Shown here one piece after another: positions 1 to 12,358 of a stretch of 64,000 nt of DNA. Numbering within the stretch: position 1 is the stretch's first letter; every line of letters begins with the position of its first letter. The notes beneath the pieces were generated by a model. That model saw only the letters and a list, made by a program, of their open reading frames with translations, had not been told where the DNA came from and searched no databases. The stretch lies in the NCBI GenBank assembly GCA_030704615.1, contig CM060733.1:31248001-31312000 (forward strand), read 5' to 3'. Source of the stretch: Takakia lepidozioides. Its lineage: Eukaryota; Plantae; Bryophyta. The translations under genes and the position numbers were made by a program.

Positions 1-1451
1 CTAGGCAGCGGGCCCCACGCACGGACGCAGAGTCCCCCGGACCCTACCAGCCACTCAACCGCCGTCAGAGTTTGCCGTGATGGTCTGCCCTAAGTCTCCG
101 CCAGTCCGATCTGCCCTTGGGGTCTGTCGTCGGGGTCTGCCCGTATGGTCTGCTCTTCTAGTCTGGCCTGGTGGTCTGCCCTTATGGTCTATCTAAGCGA
201 TCTGTCGAAGTGGTATGCTCTTCTGGTCTGCCCCATGCTGGCAACGTTTTCGGTACAATATGCATTCTATGGAAGGGTCTGTTGGCGGGGTCACTAAGGA
301 AGGTCCATCCATTTGACCATTTGAATGGTCCCATCTACCGGTGTGTCGATCGGGTCTCTGTCATGCATCCATATGGAAGGTCCACTAGTGTGGGTGGGTG
401 CGCAATAAATTTCGCCGGATATTCCCACTGGCAAGGTCCACACGCTAGGTCCACCTACAAACAACATGGAAGACACGCAACTCGGAAGCAAATCTGAATT
501 TTATACAACCAACCATGCACATATGCTTCCGCCATTTTTGCAATGTTGTTCTACACATGGTATATGGAGGACTCGCCTCAAACAAGAGAATGAGACAAAA
601 GATGATTCACAATTGTTGTCCACTAAAATGACTCACTGAATACTTCCAATTGTTAGTAAAGAGCTACATACTTCCAAAGCAAAAATAGTAGAAGCATATG
701 AACGAAGGAGGCTACGGCCTGAAACGATGGACTCTGACATTGTGTCGGACGTCCACGACTCCATTGCGCTGAGTCATGCTCCAGGAATCTTCACAACCGC
801 GCTTACAGCGTCGCAGGAATCTGTTGGGTCCAAACAGTCAAACAAGAAACAACAAAAGGCAAGGAAGACAAAACGAGGAACAAGGGACGATGAAAGAGGA
901 GGAAACAGAAAGAGAGCAAAGTGGTCGTAGGAGCCGATCGGCTGCGATGCGATGCCCTAAATCCGGACGGTTTGGATAGAACTGGGGTTGGACGGGCAAA
1001 TGCGCACCACGTCTGCTCGGGTCTACGTGGGCTCGGCGTGGTTTGCCGCGGCAAGAAGGGTGGACCCAGCCAACTGCGGGCTGGCAAGGCCGTGGGCGCA
1101 GGGACTGCAGGCAGCACGAGCTGCGGGCCACGGGGGGCTGCGCGGCTGGCTGGTCAGGGGGCTAGGGCGGGGGACGCAGGCCGGCCCCGCATTCACGTCC
1201 ATGCACGCCTGGCCCACACGTGAGACTTTCAGACCCAATTAATCTAAAATGAGAGGCTTGATGCCTGACCTAAATTGAAATTATGATTAAGATTGATGTC
1301 CGCGGGGTATATTTATTTCTACTATGGCTCTATACCCGGGCCCAATGGACATCAAGAGTTGAAAAATACCCCATAACCCTGCCCGGAGGGTATAATCAAA
1401 CCCATATACCCACCCAACACTGGTACAGACAAAGACAAATAATCCGAGTTC

Positions 1452-1615
1452 TCCAAATATCCTCTAGAAATCCCCCACACAAACATCAATCAAGCCCAAT
1501 AACTAAGTTAGGCCCCAAAAGGGCCTGGGCTTAGCTCAGCCTCGTGACTTTCGTAGTTGGTAAACAGAGGTTCAGGAACAATTCCCTTGATGGATTTGAA
1601 GAGGGCGTCTCTCTT
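1452..1615 (-). mobile_element. Diverged fragment of the same LINE 3' region seen at 14.7-14.9 kb
   Basis: tccaaatatcctctagaaatccc...agggcctgggctt...ctcagcctcg...gtaaacagagg aligns by eye with 14733-14908. Confidence 0.7.
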
Positions 1616-2243
1616 GGACATCGATTTGGGAACCACGTAGAGTTTAATACAGAAATGCAAGAGTGATGGTAAAGGGTTCGATCTTGAGCTTTTGATGTCT
1701 ATTTAATGGTGACCTATGAGGTTGCATGAGGCTTGCTAGGCTGACCTTGTTGGGTCGGATTATCTCTCTTCCACCCAGTAGAAAATAGAAGAAAGACAAC
1801 CAATGAGAGGCAAAAAGGTTTGCCCTGCTTCCGTGTCCACTACAACCCATGCAAAGTCTCAAATACAATGTGAATTAATGCATCAAACCACCCTGCAGTA
1901 TGGATGAGTGGTGAATGCTTCCCCAAAGCTTCTATTTCACATCAAATTTGGTTATCCCACTTCCACATCGCAAAACAGGACCAGGAAGGTCAAGATTGGA
2001 CAAAGGGGAAGCATGGGTAAACCTATTAATCCAAACTAGAGGGTGGGTGTTAAATTAAATGTAGCAATGGAAAAATGGTATCTACTCCCCAACAAGAGAT
2101 TGGCAAAAGTTGTGTCAGACTGGGAGTACCTAGCTCCTATGCTTATTGCCTACAATGTATGAGGATTGGCACCTAGCTGATTATGGCAACTCAAAGATGG
2201 CCCAAAGAATTTTGTAGTAAAGACCTTACCGGTGTCAACAGTA

Positions 2244-5200
2244 TCAAACATAGTGCACCTCCTGTAACTTTGGATCCGTTGACCCTGCAACTGCATAAGG
2301 CCCCTTAAACCAGAATCGAGCACTGAACAGCCATGAAACTACCGCTAGCACTAATACGCCCCCAACTGCAACAGGCGTGTAATTTAAAGAGGCTGTGGTC
2401 ACGGGATATTGTACAGGTAAGCAGAAGAGTACTGTGATTGTGATGACCCATAATACGGCCACCCATCCAACGAATGCACTGTATGGGCCCAAGTTAAAGG
2501 GCCCTTGTTTGAATGTATTGTGTGCGATTGTAAGGGGGAAAAATATTGGCAAGGCATAGGAGATGTAAAGACCAATTGTGGCAATGGACACCATAGCTTG
2601 AAATGCAACCAAGCTCCCCAAAGACTGCAAGCCACAGTTCCAAGCACGGACTGAGTGATCAGACAACTGAACCTTTTCTCAAGCAAGTTACTCTAAACAG
2701 AACGGTGAATCCATGCAGAAAAGCAAAATAAATGTCGTTAGTCTCAGCATCCTTTGGATGACGATCGAAGGTCACGAGAGGTTATGAATTTTGCATGCAC
2801 CTGGCAAACTTGTGGGGTCCTATCAAATGTTAGTGCTTAGGCATTGGAGGTAACAATGGGAAGTGCACTGAATTTAGTCAAAAGACCTTGGCTATAATAG
2901 ACTGGATAGGGGCCTGATTGATTATCACAATAACACTGGGTGAAGGTGGACCAAACCAAAGAGAGATCAGGGGATGATAATCTTACAGTGAGAGCCATAA
3001 TAAATGCCACAAGAGCAGAGAGCCAGACAGCGTTGAGCGGCACCTCCCGCCTGTTAACCACATGCCATAGCTTTGATAATGGCATGGCTCCATCTCTTGA
3101 GAATGCATACACCATCCTGCTCTCACAAACAAGCACAATCTTTATTTTTCCTTTCGAGCCGTGAGCTGTAACCTGATGCTCTAGTATGCATTGTGTGAGC
3201 GAGGTTGTACTATTTAGACATTGCTTCCTTGTGGTGTAGACCCTACACCTGGTTTCGACTGAGCAAGAGAGGAGGACTATGGATACATAGTGTGTTGTGG
3301 TAAGTGCCCTGGGCTATTAATCCTCAAACTAGTGGGGTTTCAGCCCACCAAGATAGGAAATGCGATTCACATAGAAATTGCCATAGAGCTAGGTAGAGAT
3401 GGACGCAGACATGGACAGAGAGGTGGCGTAAGCTTACCTTGAATTGCTGGTGATAGAGCTCATGCCACACAAGAAAACAGCTCCTGCAACAATACCCAGA
3501 CAAACAATGCCCCCAGTCCCACTGCCAAATCTGCCCTTGAATACGTCATAGAAGATTTGAGCAATGGCATAGCCTCCAGAATCATTGCCCAAATCCAGCA
3601 GTGCTGATGGATCAGATATTACGAAGGCGATTCCTAGTATATAGGCCCAACCGACTACAATCGAGATGCCAACTGAACTCACAATGCCATATGCCCCGTT
3701 TTTGTCTGAAGATTTCGTTTCTTCGGACTGCAAAAATTAGAAAAGTAGTTATCACTTGAAATAGGCATCCAACAACATAGTTCAACATTCTCTGTCAATC
3801 AACCTTTCAGAATTGTATGAACTAAATCAGGCTATTGTACCTCCACATCAGCCAGCCAGTCAGCATGACCCTATCATCTCATACTCACTCCTCCTGTTCA
3901 TGTCTTTCTGTTTATCTTTCTATTCTACAATCACCTTCAAGGAACTTCTGTTTTGATTGCACTCACCATGTGAGCAGAGGCATCATAGCCACTGATAGAG
4001 TACTGGCTCATTAGAAGACCAAGCAGAAAGATGTAGGGGGCACTGTCGATGCCCACGTCACTGGGCTTGTTGAACGAAGTAAATACAAACTTGGCAGTCT
4101 GCCGATGAGTAGCAACTACTGGTATTAGAATAATCAGCACAAAGACTCCTGCATGCACCATTATCCCAACCCTCTTGAATTTAGAGCTTGTCCAGTGGAC
4201 ACTCAGGCCCCAGTTTACGATTTAAAGTTTCTTTGTTCCTTTCTCTCCGGGTTGTTCTACGGAGGGCACTCCAGTGGACATTACACAAATTTTATTTTAC
4301 TTCCTCCGTCAATAGGCTAACCTATATGTCTCTCACTCTCCTACTTTGTCTCATGGGCCCTCAGGGGCCCCATGGAAGTTTTAGTTCGACAAAACGTAGC
4401 CAGCTCCACATGGCATCTCTGCGGCAACTGGCTTTTCGAATCAGGTTCCAAGTGCTCTGTGAGTGTGGGGTTGGGGGCCCTGGGCTCGAGACTCAATATG
4501 AGGACATATGGAACCATTAAAGATCTCTCGGGCACAGATCACCACATCTTTGAGAGTCTGTGGGCAGAGATTGACGTAGTCTCACTGGAACCTGAAGCCT
4601 CATTCATAGAACTCATCTTCCTGAACAAGCTCGCATCACTACCACTAGACTATTGGCTACCAGTGAGACCCCTTTCCACCTTACAGAAATCAGTCAACAA
4701 CTCATCCATCTCCAGGAGTTATCTTCACCAAGCTACTCAGACAGAATCTTTGAAGATTCATCCCAGTGAATGAGGGGTTTGTGTTTTGCATGTTTTGCAC
4801 AGAAAAGGTAAGTCTTATGGGTCAGACTTACCTCACTCCTCTCTCTATCAGGACAAGAGATGGGACTAACCAAGAATATTCCAGGCCGCAGCAAGGGTTG
4901 CGAAATATGAGAGCCAGCCAATTGTCAAGCTATTCATTAGCGCATGCACAAACAGAATGCCCCCGTGCATCGCAATCACCACATACTTGCTTGCATTGTA
5001 GCCACCTCCATTGTTACCCCCAGTAGAGAGAAGTATCATCACTTGTAGTAGTTGGGCCAGCGAGAAGTCCACGCTGCAGGTCACAGCCCACTGCACAAGC
5101 CCTGGAATCCTTTCAAAGTTGGTACAGCACCCACTTGGAGATCATGTGGTTCCAACTGAACTTATCTATGAGCTCTAAAACTTTGAGGGCTTAGTCTCAC

Positions 5201-6564
5201 CACATAGTAACCCTCCCAAGGCCAGTGGGGTGTGTATTTAAACTCACATGGGTATGAAGCCCAGGAGATTGCCTAAGCGCTTCCAACACCCCAAAAGGTC
5301 TGTGTGTGTGAGAGAGAGAGAGAGGGAGAGACCACTACGTAGAACTACCAATGCAACATACATGATTGAATTTGGTGCATCTATATCTGTGGCATAGGTA
5401 GCAACTACGCTGTAGATTACCAAGGCACCATAAACAGTCGGGCACACCTATGGGTACCACCACTCCGTGGTTCCCAAGGAGAGGCCTCCGTAGAACTTCC
5501 TACTCCAACAAGGCTGAGAACAGAGGGAAACCAACCTGGCCAACTACATTATACCTGCATAGTGTCACCCAAGGCACGGAAGATGTATCAGTTTGAGCTG
5601 TAGATCAGACTTTCTATCCGAGTAATCTGAAGCCAAGAATTCCACTAAAGAAGCTACCAAGAGACAGAATGAAGCGGTTGGACAGGCCTTTCAATATCTG
5701 AAATGTGTCTGTCCAGCAGGCTGAATTACAGGGAAAAAAGAACAGGTACAATTTTGAAGGAGGGGGATTGCAGAGACATAGTGACAGAAAAATTGAGCCG
5801 AATCTGGTCCAGGGTCCACGGAATACAAAATCACGAGGTGAGATAGGACCATACCAGCCAGTTATCCAGGATGCAAAGGGACCCCATTCCTCTCCAGCCA
5901 ACTGGGCACTCCAAAAGTAGAGGCCACCCGAAGTGGGGAAAGCTGAGCAGATCTCTGCCATACCCAAGCCCACAAACATGTTGAAGAAACCAGCAATAAG
6001 CCACCCATATGACATCGATATAGGCCCTCCATAATGCAGCCCGGTGTTGAATAATGTGGTGACTCCAGTCAGAATTGAGATAATCGCGAAAGAAAACGCA
6101 AAATTTGATATTACTCTGCATTCCATATGAAGAAAAGGCCAACACAACTGCTCAGTCTTCCTAGCATTTACGAATTGCACTGTCAGTATGGCCTTCAAAT
6201 CAGGTGTCTATGGAAGCCTCTGTATAAATCCCCAAATTCTGAGAGACAGGCGTACTTCAGACGCCTACAATGCCCTGGGAAAAGATGGAGTGCTACCATT
6301 CGGGAATTCACATTACTGCTACAAGTGGGACTGGACAAATATCGGCATAGAGAGGAAGCATCCTCTTTCTCTCCCTCTTTACACAGATACGCACACCAAC
6401 ACAAACAAACAGAACCCACCAAACGCAAACAGCTCGCGAAACTCAAATCCATGGCGTCTTAATCAACTTAAAATTACAGCCAAGAGAGGTAAGACTCACG
6501 AGAGATCACGCTTGAGTTCCTGCTTGTAGCCCAGCTCCTGCAGTCGTTTCTGCCCCGAGTCCAT
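2244..6564 (-). CDS. BAT1: Amino-acid permease (APC superfamily, BAT1/GABA permease-like), 8 coding exons: 6500-6564, 5855-6115, 5536-5554, 4871-5090, 3967-4148, 3438-3727, 2987-3116, 2244-2624
   Basis: All introns are GT-AG and phases are consistent. Spliced protein reads MDSGQKRLQELGYKQELKRDLSVISNFAFSF...AEICSAFPTSGGLYFW...WYNVVGQWAVT...GYDASAHMSEET...SNSRMVYAFSRDGAMP...LNYTPVAVGG, the hallmark motifs of plant BAT1. Confidence 0.95.
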
Positions 6565-7363
6565 GATGCCCTACTACTCCGGCTGGAGAAGAAACAGGTT
6601 CTCAAACAGCCAACGAAAACAACACACCCTGTGTCAAAGCCAGGGCACCTGAGCTCTCTCCTACTTTCATGTAACAGAGGTCTTCTGAATCTTCATAGAA
6701 CTCTTGAAGCTTTCCTCCAACAATTTTGGAAACCCAGCTCTGCAAGTCAATATCACACGGGCCCTCCACGAGATCCTCGACCGACGACGATACTCTCGGA
6801 TGCGCATTGCATTGCATGCCCAGTCAACCCTCGCACCGTAGCGGACGCACTCAACCAACCTTATTCCAGAATAGTAAGTCAATACTATGACTAGGTAATT
6901 TGTAACTTTTAGGTGTATTTGTTTTAGAGAGGGGAACGGTGCCCCATAAAAAGCTGAATTTCATTCCCAACTTGTTGAGAACTGGACGATGAACTTCGGT
7001 TGCTTTACTGAACGCTCGCTCGCTCATCTCTGCACTGAATCGAACGAAGTTTCGTGAAGGCTCCGACCGTCCACGTCCACGTCCACGTCTACAGCAGTCT
7101 CGCACGAGTAAATGAGGATGACGGGTTTCTTTAAGAAGGGTTTTTCATGTTTTCTTAACAAGGGAACGTGGGCCTCCATCTTTAGTTGATCATAGTTAGG
7201 ATGACAGGTAGAGCCAAAATTTCGCTTCTTGGCCACGTGCACAGGTTGGAAAGTGGCTGAGCCCCAAATTTGCTAACTGGCATTTAAATTCTATTTCGCT
7301 TCTTGGACCACGTTGACAGGTTTTGGCTAAACCTAGAAAATGATTTATTAGGTTGCCAGCTAA

Positions 7364-7790
7364 GGGCCGTACCATACTAGCGGCAAGAGGGGCAACTGCA
7401 CTAAATTTTGGACCCTCCTATTGGTTTAAGGGAGGGCTGTGTGCCGCTCTGCCTAGCACACTAGATAAACTGCCGGCAGAGAGGCGTTGACATGGCTCCG
7501 ACTTGGCGCCTACATGTCACATCCCCTAAAAATACGGATTTCCAGGCAGTGTCCCCTGGAAATCTACAATTTTAGGAAGACACTTTGTCGTGACACGATT
7601 CTCCCACGTTTCTAGGAATTGGTTATTTTTAGAATGAAACACAAAGTAGTTGCGATTTTTTGCAGCTCGGCTTCTGCTATAGTGTGGTAGCCGATTCATT
7701 GCCGCTTGGTGACATGGACCTATACCATCTAACAATCCCTAGCCTGCAACGGCCATGTCAGTGCCATTGGTGTGCCAGTAGTGTGGGCCC
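7364..7790. mobile_element. Putative Tourist/PIF-Harbinger-like MITE between the divergent BAT1 and coiled-coil genes
   Basis: TAA flanks on both sides; termini gggcc...ggccc with imperfect extension (catactagcggca / tgccagtagtgtg). Confidence 0.45.
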
Positions 7791-9327
7791 TAAGTAAGGC
7801 AGTGAGCAATCCCTCTAGCCCAACCAGAAGGCCACGTCGGCCTACGTGGCTAAACCCAGAAGGTTTGGGTAAGCGAAATACCTAGAGAGAGAGCTTAGCA
7901 TGAATTAGGGCCTCTTCCCCTAGCGGGAACATATATATATATATATATATGACGCCAGCCGGAAGCGACCGTAAATAAGAGCCTCTTCCCCTTTGCCGGC
8001 GGCCCGGACATATATGAGTGGGTGGCTTTGGATGGGATGTCACCAACATGTGGTCAAAAGATGTCACTAAGGCCTAATTTTTTCTTTTCCAGCCGATGCG
8101 ACGCACCACTTTCAAAATTAGTTCTGAGAATTGGCTGTTTGGAGGGGTGTCACAACATCACGACCAGTTCTTGCATTTGTGAAGGAACCTTCAGTTCTGG
8201 TTCCAAAATTATTTCAAGAGACGGGTCTGGATCCGGTTCGGATTTTTTTAATTGAGCCAGCGCTCCGGTCCAGTTCCAGATCACCTATTAAACATGGGGA
8301 TGGTTCCAATTACCAGTTAGTTGCTGAAAAAAGCCACCGGTTCGGGTTAGGTTTAATCTAATTAGTTTTAAAATATGTCACCCCCCACCCAATGCTCTGC
8401 CCGGACCTTGTGGTTGACATGCTGGGTTTGTTGACTTTGGACCCCACTTAGTAAAAACCCTGTAACTTGGGAAAAACTTGTTCTTTTGATAATTCAACTA
8501 GACAATTGCACGCCCTGTCCAAATTTGGGGCCAATCAGAGAAGACGTGTAAAAAAAAACCCGATTGAATGGTACACTATTTTTGGCATTTTTCAAAAATA
8601 AAAACGACATGATTTTATAGATTTTGGATGTTGGGTTGAAATCTGTTGGGCCTTGTGGAGCAACCTAACATTCCTTGGACATTCTTGTTCTAAGCCCAAG
8701 ATTACCCTCCAAATGAGGTACAACATTATGGACCAAATAGCTCAAGGAATCAATATGGATAGAGCCATCTCTAGGCTACCATTGGTACCTGAACGGCAAT
8801 ACCAGCAACCGAGTTCCAACGACAAAACAAGTAACAACATCAACAACTGGTGAGCCGAGAACAGTTGGCTAGGGTATCGGACCCTAATCATACTCTCCAG
8901 GTAGGTTACTCTACGAATTTGCGACCTATCTGGGAACCGTCTTGGTAGGGGCTTCCATACGGGGTGCATAACCGGGTTGATACCCGGGTTTTTATACATA
9001 CGAGACCAACACTGCTTGAGACCCTATTGTGTGGGAGATGGTGTGAGGAGACGGTGTGAGTGTTTGCTGCTTTGTTTGAATTATTTTTTATGTCCAAAGT
9101 TCTAATCTTCTAACTAGTTAGTTCGGGCACCCTTAATCTTTGATATTGCAAAACCCTCTCGAGTTCTTGAGCGATGATTGTCTCTCGCAAGATCTGACGC
9201 CACGCATGGCGATGGCGCATTGTAGGTCGGGGAAGATCATATCAAGAACCTTTTTCCTCGCCCTAGATTAGTGGAATGCAAGGCGATCGGAAACTCTGGC
9301 TAGGAGAGTAGCTTCAGAAGCATAAGG

Positions 9328-12300
9328 ATGGGGTCTGTGGTGCTTGATGGCCTGGGACAAGATGACGTTCCTACCGATGATCTTAGAATGGCGTACACTG
9401 AGAAGGTAGGTCACAATTAATACAGGGCATATCATTACTCTGCTTGGTTCTTCTTTCAGTGTTCCAGCCAATATTACGGAGTGTTGAGTAAAGATTCTTA
9501 CTTCTGTTTATAGATTGTTTCACCACTTTAATCCTTGATGCTCTGAACAGGTGCTTACGGGATGACCGTGATGTTTTGTCATTCTCAGATGTTGTTTGTG
9601 TGCGGTGTCGCTTGCGTACCAGGGTAGGAAGCAAAGATCTAGAACCACTGTGTGCGCGCTACTGTGGGAATTCTCATTTCATCTGAAGAAAAAACACTTT
9701 TTCTGGAGTTTGTGGCAGGTCCTGGAAGAAAAGGAGCTGATGCTAAGAAAGTACGTCACTTCCATTTCTTCCCATTTTCTTAACCTTCCGCACAGCGGAG
9801 TACCAACGTTTGGTAAATGACTATGTTTATGGATGAATACAACTAGATCGGATTCTCTTCAAACATAAACTTTCCCCTTGCAATGCAGGAGCTGTGAACA
9901 ACTTAAATTGATGAGAGGTGTTTGGTAGTTCACTTCTTTGCAAAGGCAAGGGCTCCAAATGTCTGCTCTGCATCGATTCTATAAAATGCTTAATTTGTCA
10001 GAAGTTGGGAGGGAATTGAAGAGTGCTGGACTAATTAACGGACTGTTTTCTCTTAGTCTATCTATCTCGAATCAATATAATGCCTTCCAGTATGATGCCA
10101 ATGTTAGAGTTCACAACTCCCTGTAATTGCACTCTACTAAGGTTGGCAGTACCAAGCCCGCAAGCAACTGAATATAGGGTGACGAAAAGTTACAGCAAAA
10201 GAAATGCAGCAAAAATTACACAGTTCATATTTAGACCATGAGAACGGCATCGCATGTCCACAGTTTTTGCATGGATGCTGTAAAAGACGCTGACTGGTAG
10301 GTCTGGGTGTGCCACAGGTACATACAAGACAACTACTCAAAGATACAGAACGTTGAAAAGGAGTTGACAGGCCTCACTCTGGAAGTGAAGCTTACTGCTG
10401 GACCTAAAAAAGCAGGCAAATTTTCCTCATGAGGATCCTGCTCCGGTTTGAGTTTCTTGCCTTCTTGAATGTCAAAATGTTTTGGGGGACTCGTGTGAAA
10501 GTCCAGGGTAGTGAAACGACATCGTCAGCCCTCTGAGGGTCTGATTGAGATTAGAAGGAACACACTTGATAATGTGAAGTAAGATACAGTACATATGGTT
10601 TTGCCATCAATACTCTGTGAGTTATCCAGGTGTTTATGTGTCTCTGTTTCCAATCGATATGTTTGCAAGAGTTTTTACCTTATCTGGCTTTTGCAGGGGA
10701 TTGTCTGGGTGGTTGCTTCTGACAAGTCTTTCTAACTTTTTCTACCTTGCATGAGTTCAGCTCTTGAACATCTGCGAAAACTGATTGAAACAGCAACAGA
10801 GAAAATCAAAGCTGCCAAGTTGAAGGAGGAGCAGGCAAAAAAGGTCAGTACTTGCTCAAAACCTTCTTGCAATATAGGGGTGTGAGGGTGCAGCCATACA
10901 TATAGCCTACATTTTATATCTCTGGTAAGACTCTGCTTAAGGGATCTGACAGTTTGAAAAGCCAGGGTTGAATGGGTCATATCCAATCGCAGAACAAGCT
11001 GCTAAGTTTTTCCAAGTAACATTGTTAAAATTATGTGTGGCAATCAGGTTGGGGAAGCAGCTGAAAAGGCCAGTTCCAAGCGGGAGGAGCACAATAAACA
11101 GAGGCTCTGTGAGGATCTCAAATGCCTGGTACTGTGGCATGAGATTATCTTGACAGTTGGTTCTTTTTCCAAATGTTTTATTTGTTACATTACATTGAAA
11201 TTGCCAAAAAAGACATTTTTTTAAGGATTTGTGTGTTACCAGCTTTTCCTTTTTTTGTTTTATATTATTGGCAGGGCTCATTTTGTTTATTGCACTTATA
11301 GTTGTTGAAAGAGTCCTGGCTCAGATGGTTTCAGACACGAAGAAAATGGTTTTGGGCTCTTGATCAACATGTCAGCAAGTCTCTTGAAATCGTAAATGTG
11401 AGCAAGATGTATAATGTGCCCACCTTCTCTTTCAGGTTCAACAAAGTGCAGAAGCACAGTATTCACGTCTAGAGGAGTTGACTCGCAAACTGGCAGTTAA
11501 AACCCAGAGCTGAGAGGAGGTGCCACACAGCTATTGGCTGCTGGGATAGGGACTCATGGCAGTACCCCTCGGCAACCAACTGGCCAACAACCTTCAGACA
11601 ACATTGAAGTAAAATCTTTTTGGCGAGGATATGTCTCCACTATATATTTCCAGCTGTCCTGTCATTCAATGGTTCTCATTTTCTGTATAGATGGTAGGAG
11701 GCAGGGGGGTGGCTCCTCAAAGTTCACCATATTGTGTTGGGACAAAATCGTATTAATGAGCTTGATATGTACTGACCTGAGAAAAGGAACTACTGCTGAA
11801 AGGCATTGCTGAAAGTGCTGGCTGCGGGGAGATGGTTGGGTTCTTTCAACTTTGTGGTGCATTTTCAATGTCTTAATCTTCTGTTCCTTTTGTGTTGGAG
11901 TCTTTCAAATCTTCAGCCTGCCAAACTTTACCAAAAATATAAGGTTGTTGCTGTGAGTGCAGAGAACCAAAAATAAGACCCCTGAGGTTGGGGGAGTCCT
12001 GTCAGGAGGGGACAATGCGTCATACAGAAAATCATCAAATGGCACAGGCATCCCAACAGTGGCTGCCATAGTTGCATCCATCAACTCACACCAATCTCCA
12101 ACAACATTAGCCGAGTCTTTTCCGACAACAGACATGGCATCCAAGCCCGAAGGACAGTTGGCAGAGTCCGATAGGGGCCAGGTTGGTGACCAGTCACCAC
12201 AACCTGTTGGCCATGGGCAACACGTCGCAGTGCCTAGAAGGCAGGTCAGGAGGGGTGGTAGGAGCCAGGTTTCTTTGGTGTTGGGGAGGTCCAAATCGGA

Positions 12301-12358
12301 AGCTGAGAGAGGGGGTTGGACTGGAGCTGGATTTGATGTTGATGTTGTGCAGACGTGA
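9328..12358 (+). CDS. Conserved plant coiled-coil protein of unknown function; exons 9328-9405, 9719-9750, 10318-10415, 10761-10843, 11048-11128, 11436-11608 (apparent 1-nt frameshift near 11499), 11963-12358
   Basis: Spliced product MGSVVLDG...YTEK|VLEEKELMLRK|YIQDNYSKIQNVEKELTGLTLEVKLTAGPKKA|ALEHLRKLIETATEKIKAAKLKEEQAKK|...KQRLCEDLKCL|VQQSAEAQYSRLEEL...GWTGAGFDVD. Phases are consistent. The motifs are recalled from an uncharacterised land-plant family. Confidence 0.8.

Noticed and set aside
1-1240. GC-rich overlapping ORFs and ggtctgccc repeats
   Set aside because: No domain or splice signals; probably a repeat fragment continuing from outside the window.
9889-9917. Possible extra exon (SCEQLKLMR) in the coiled-coil gene
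   Set aside because: Exon 2 joins exon 3 directly with correct phase and the expected sequence; including this segment breaks the frame.
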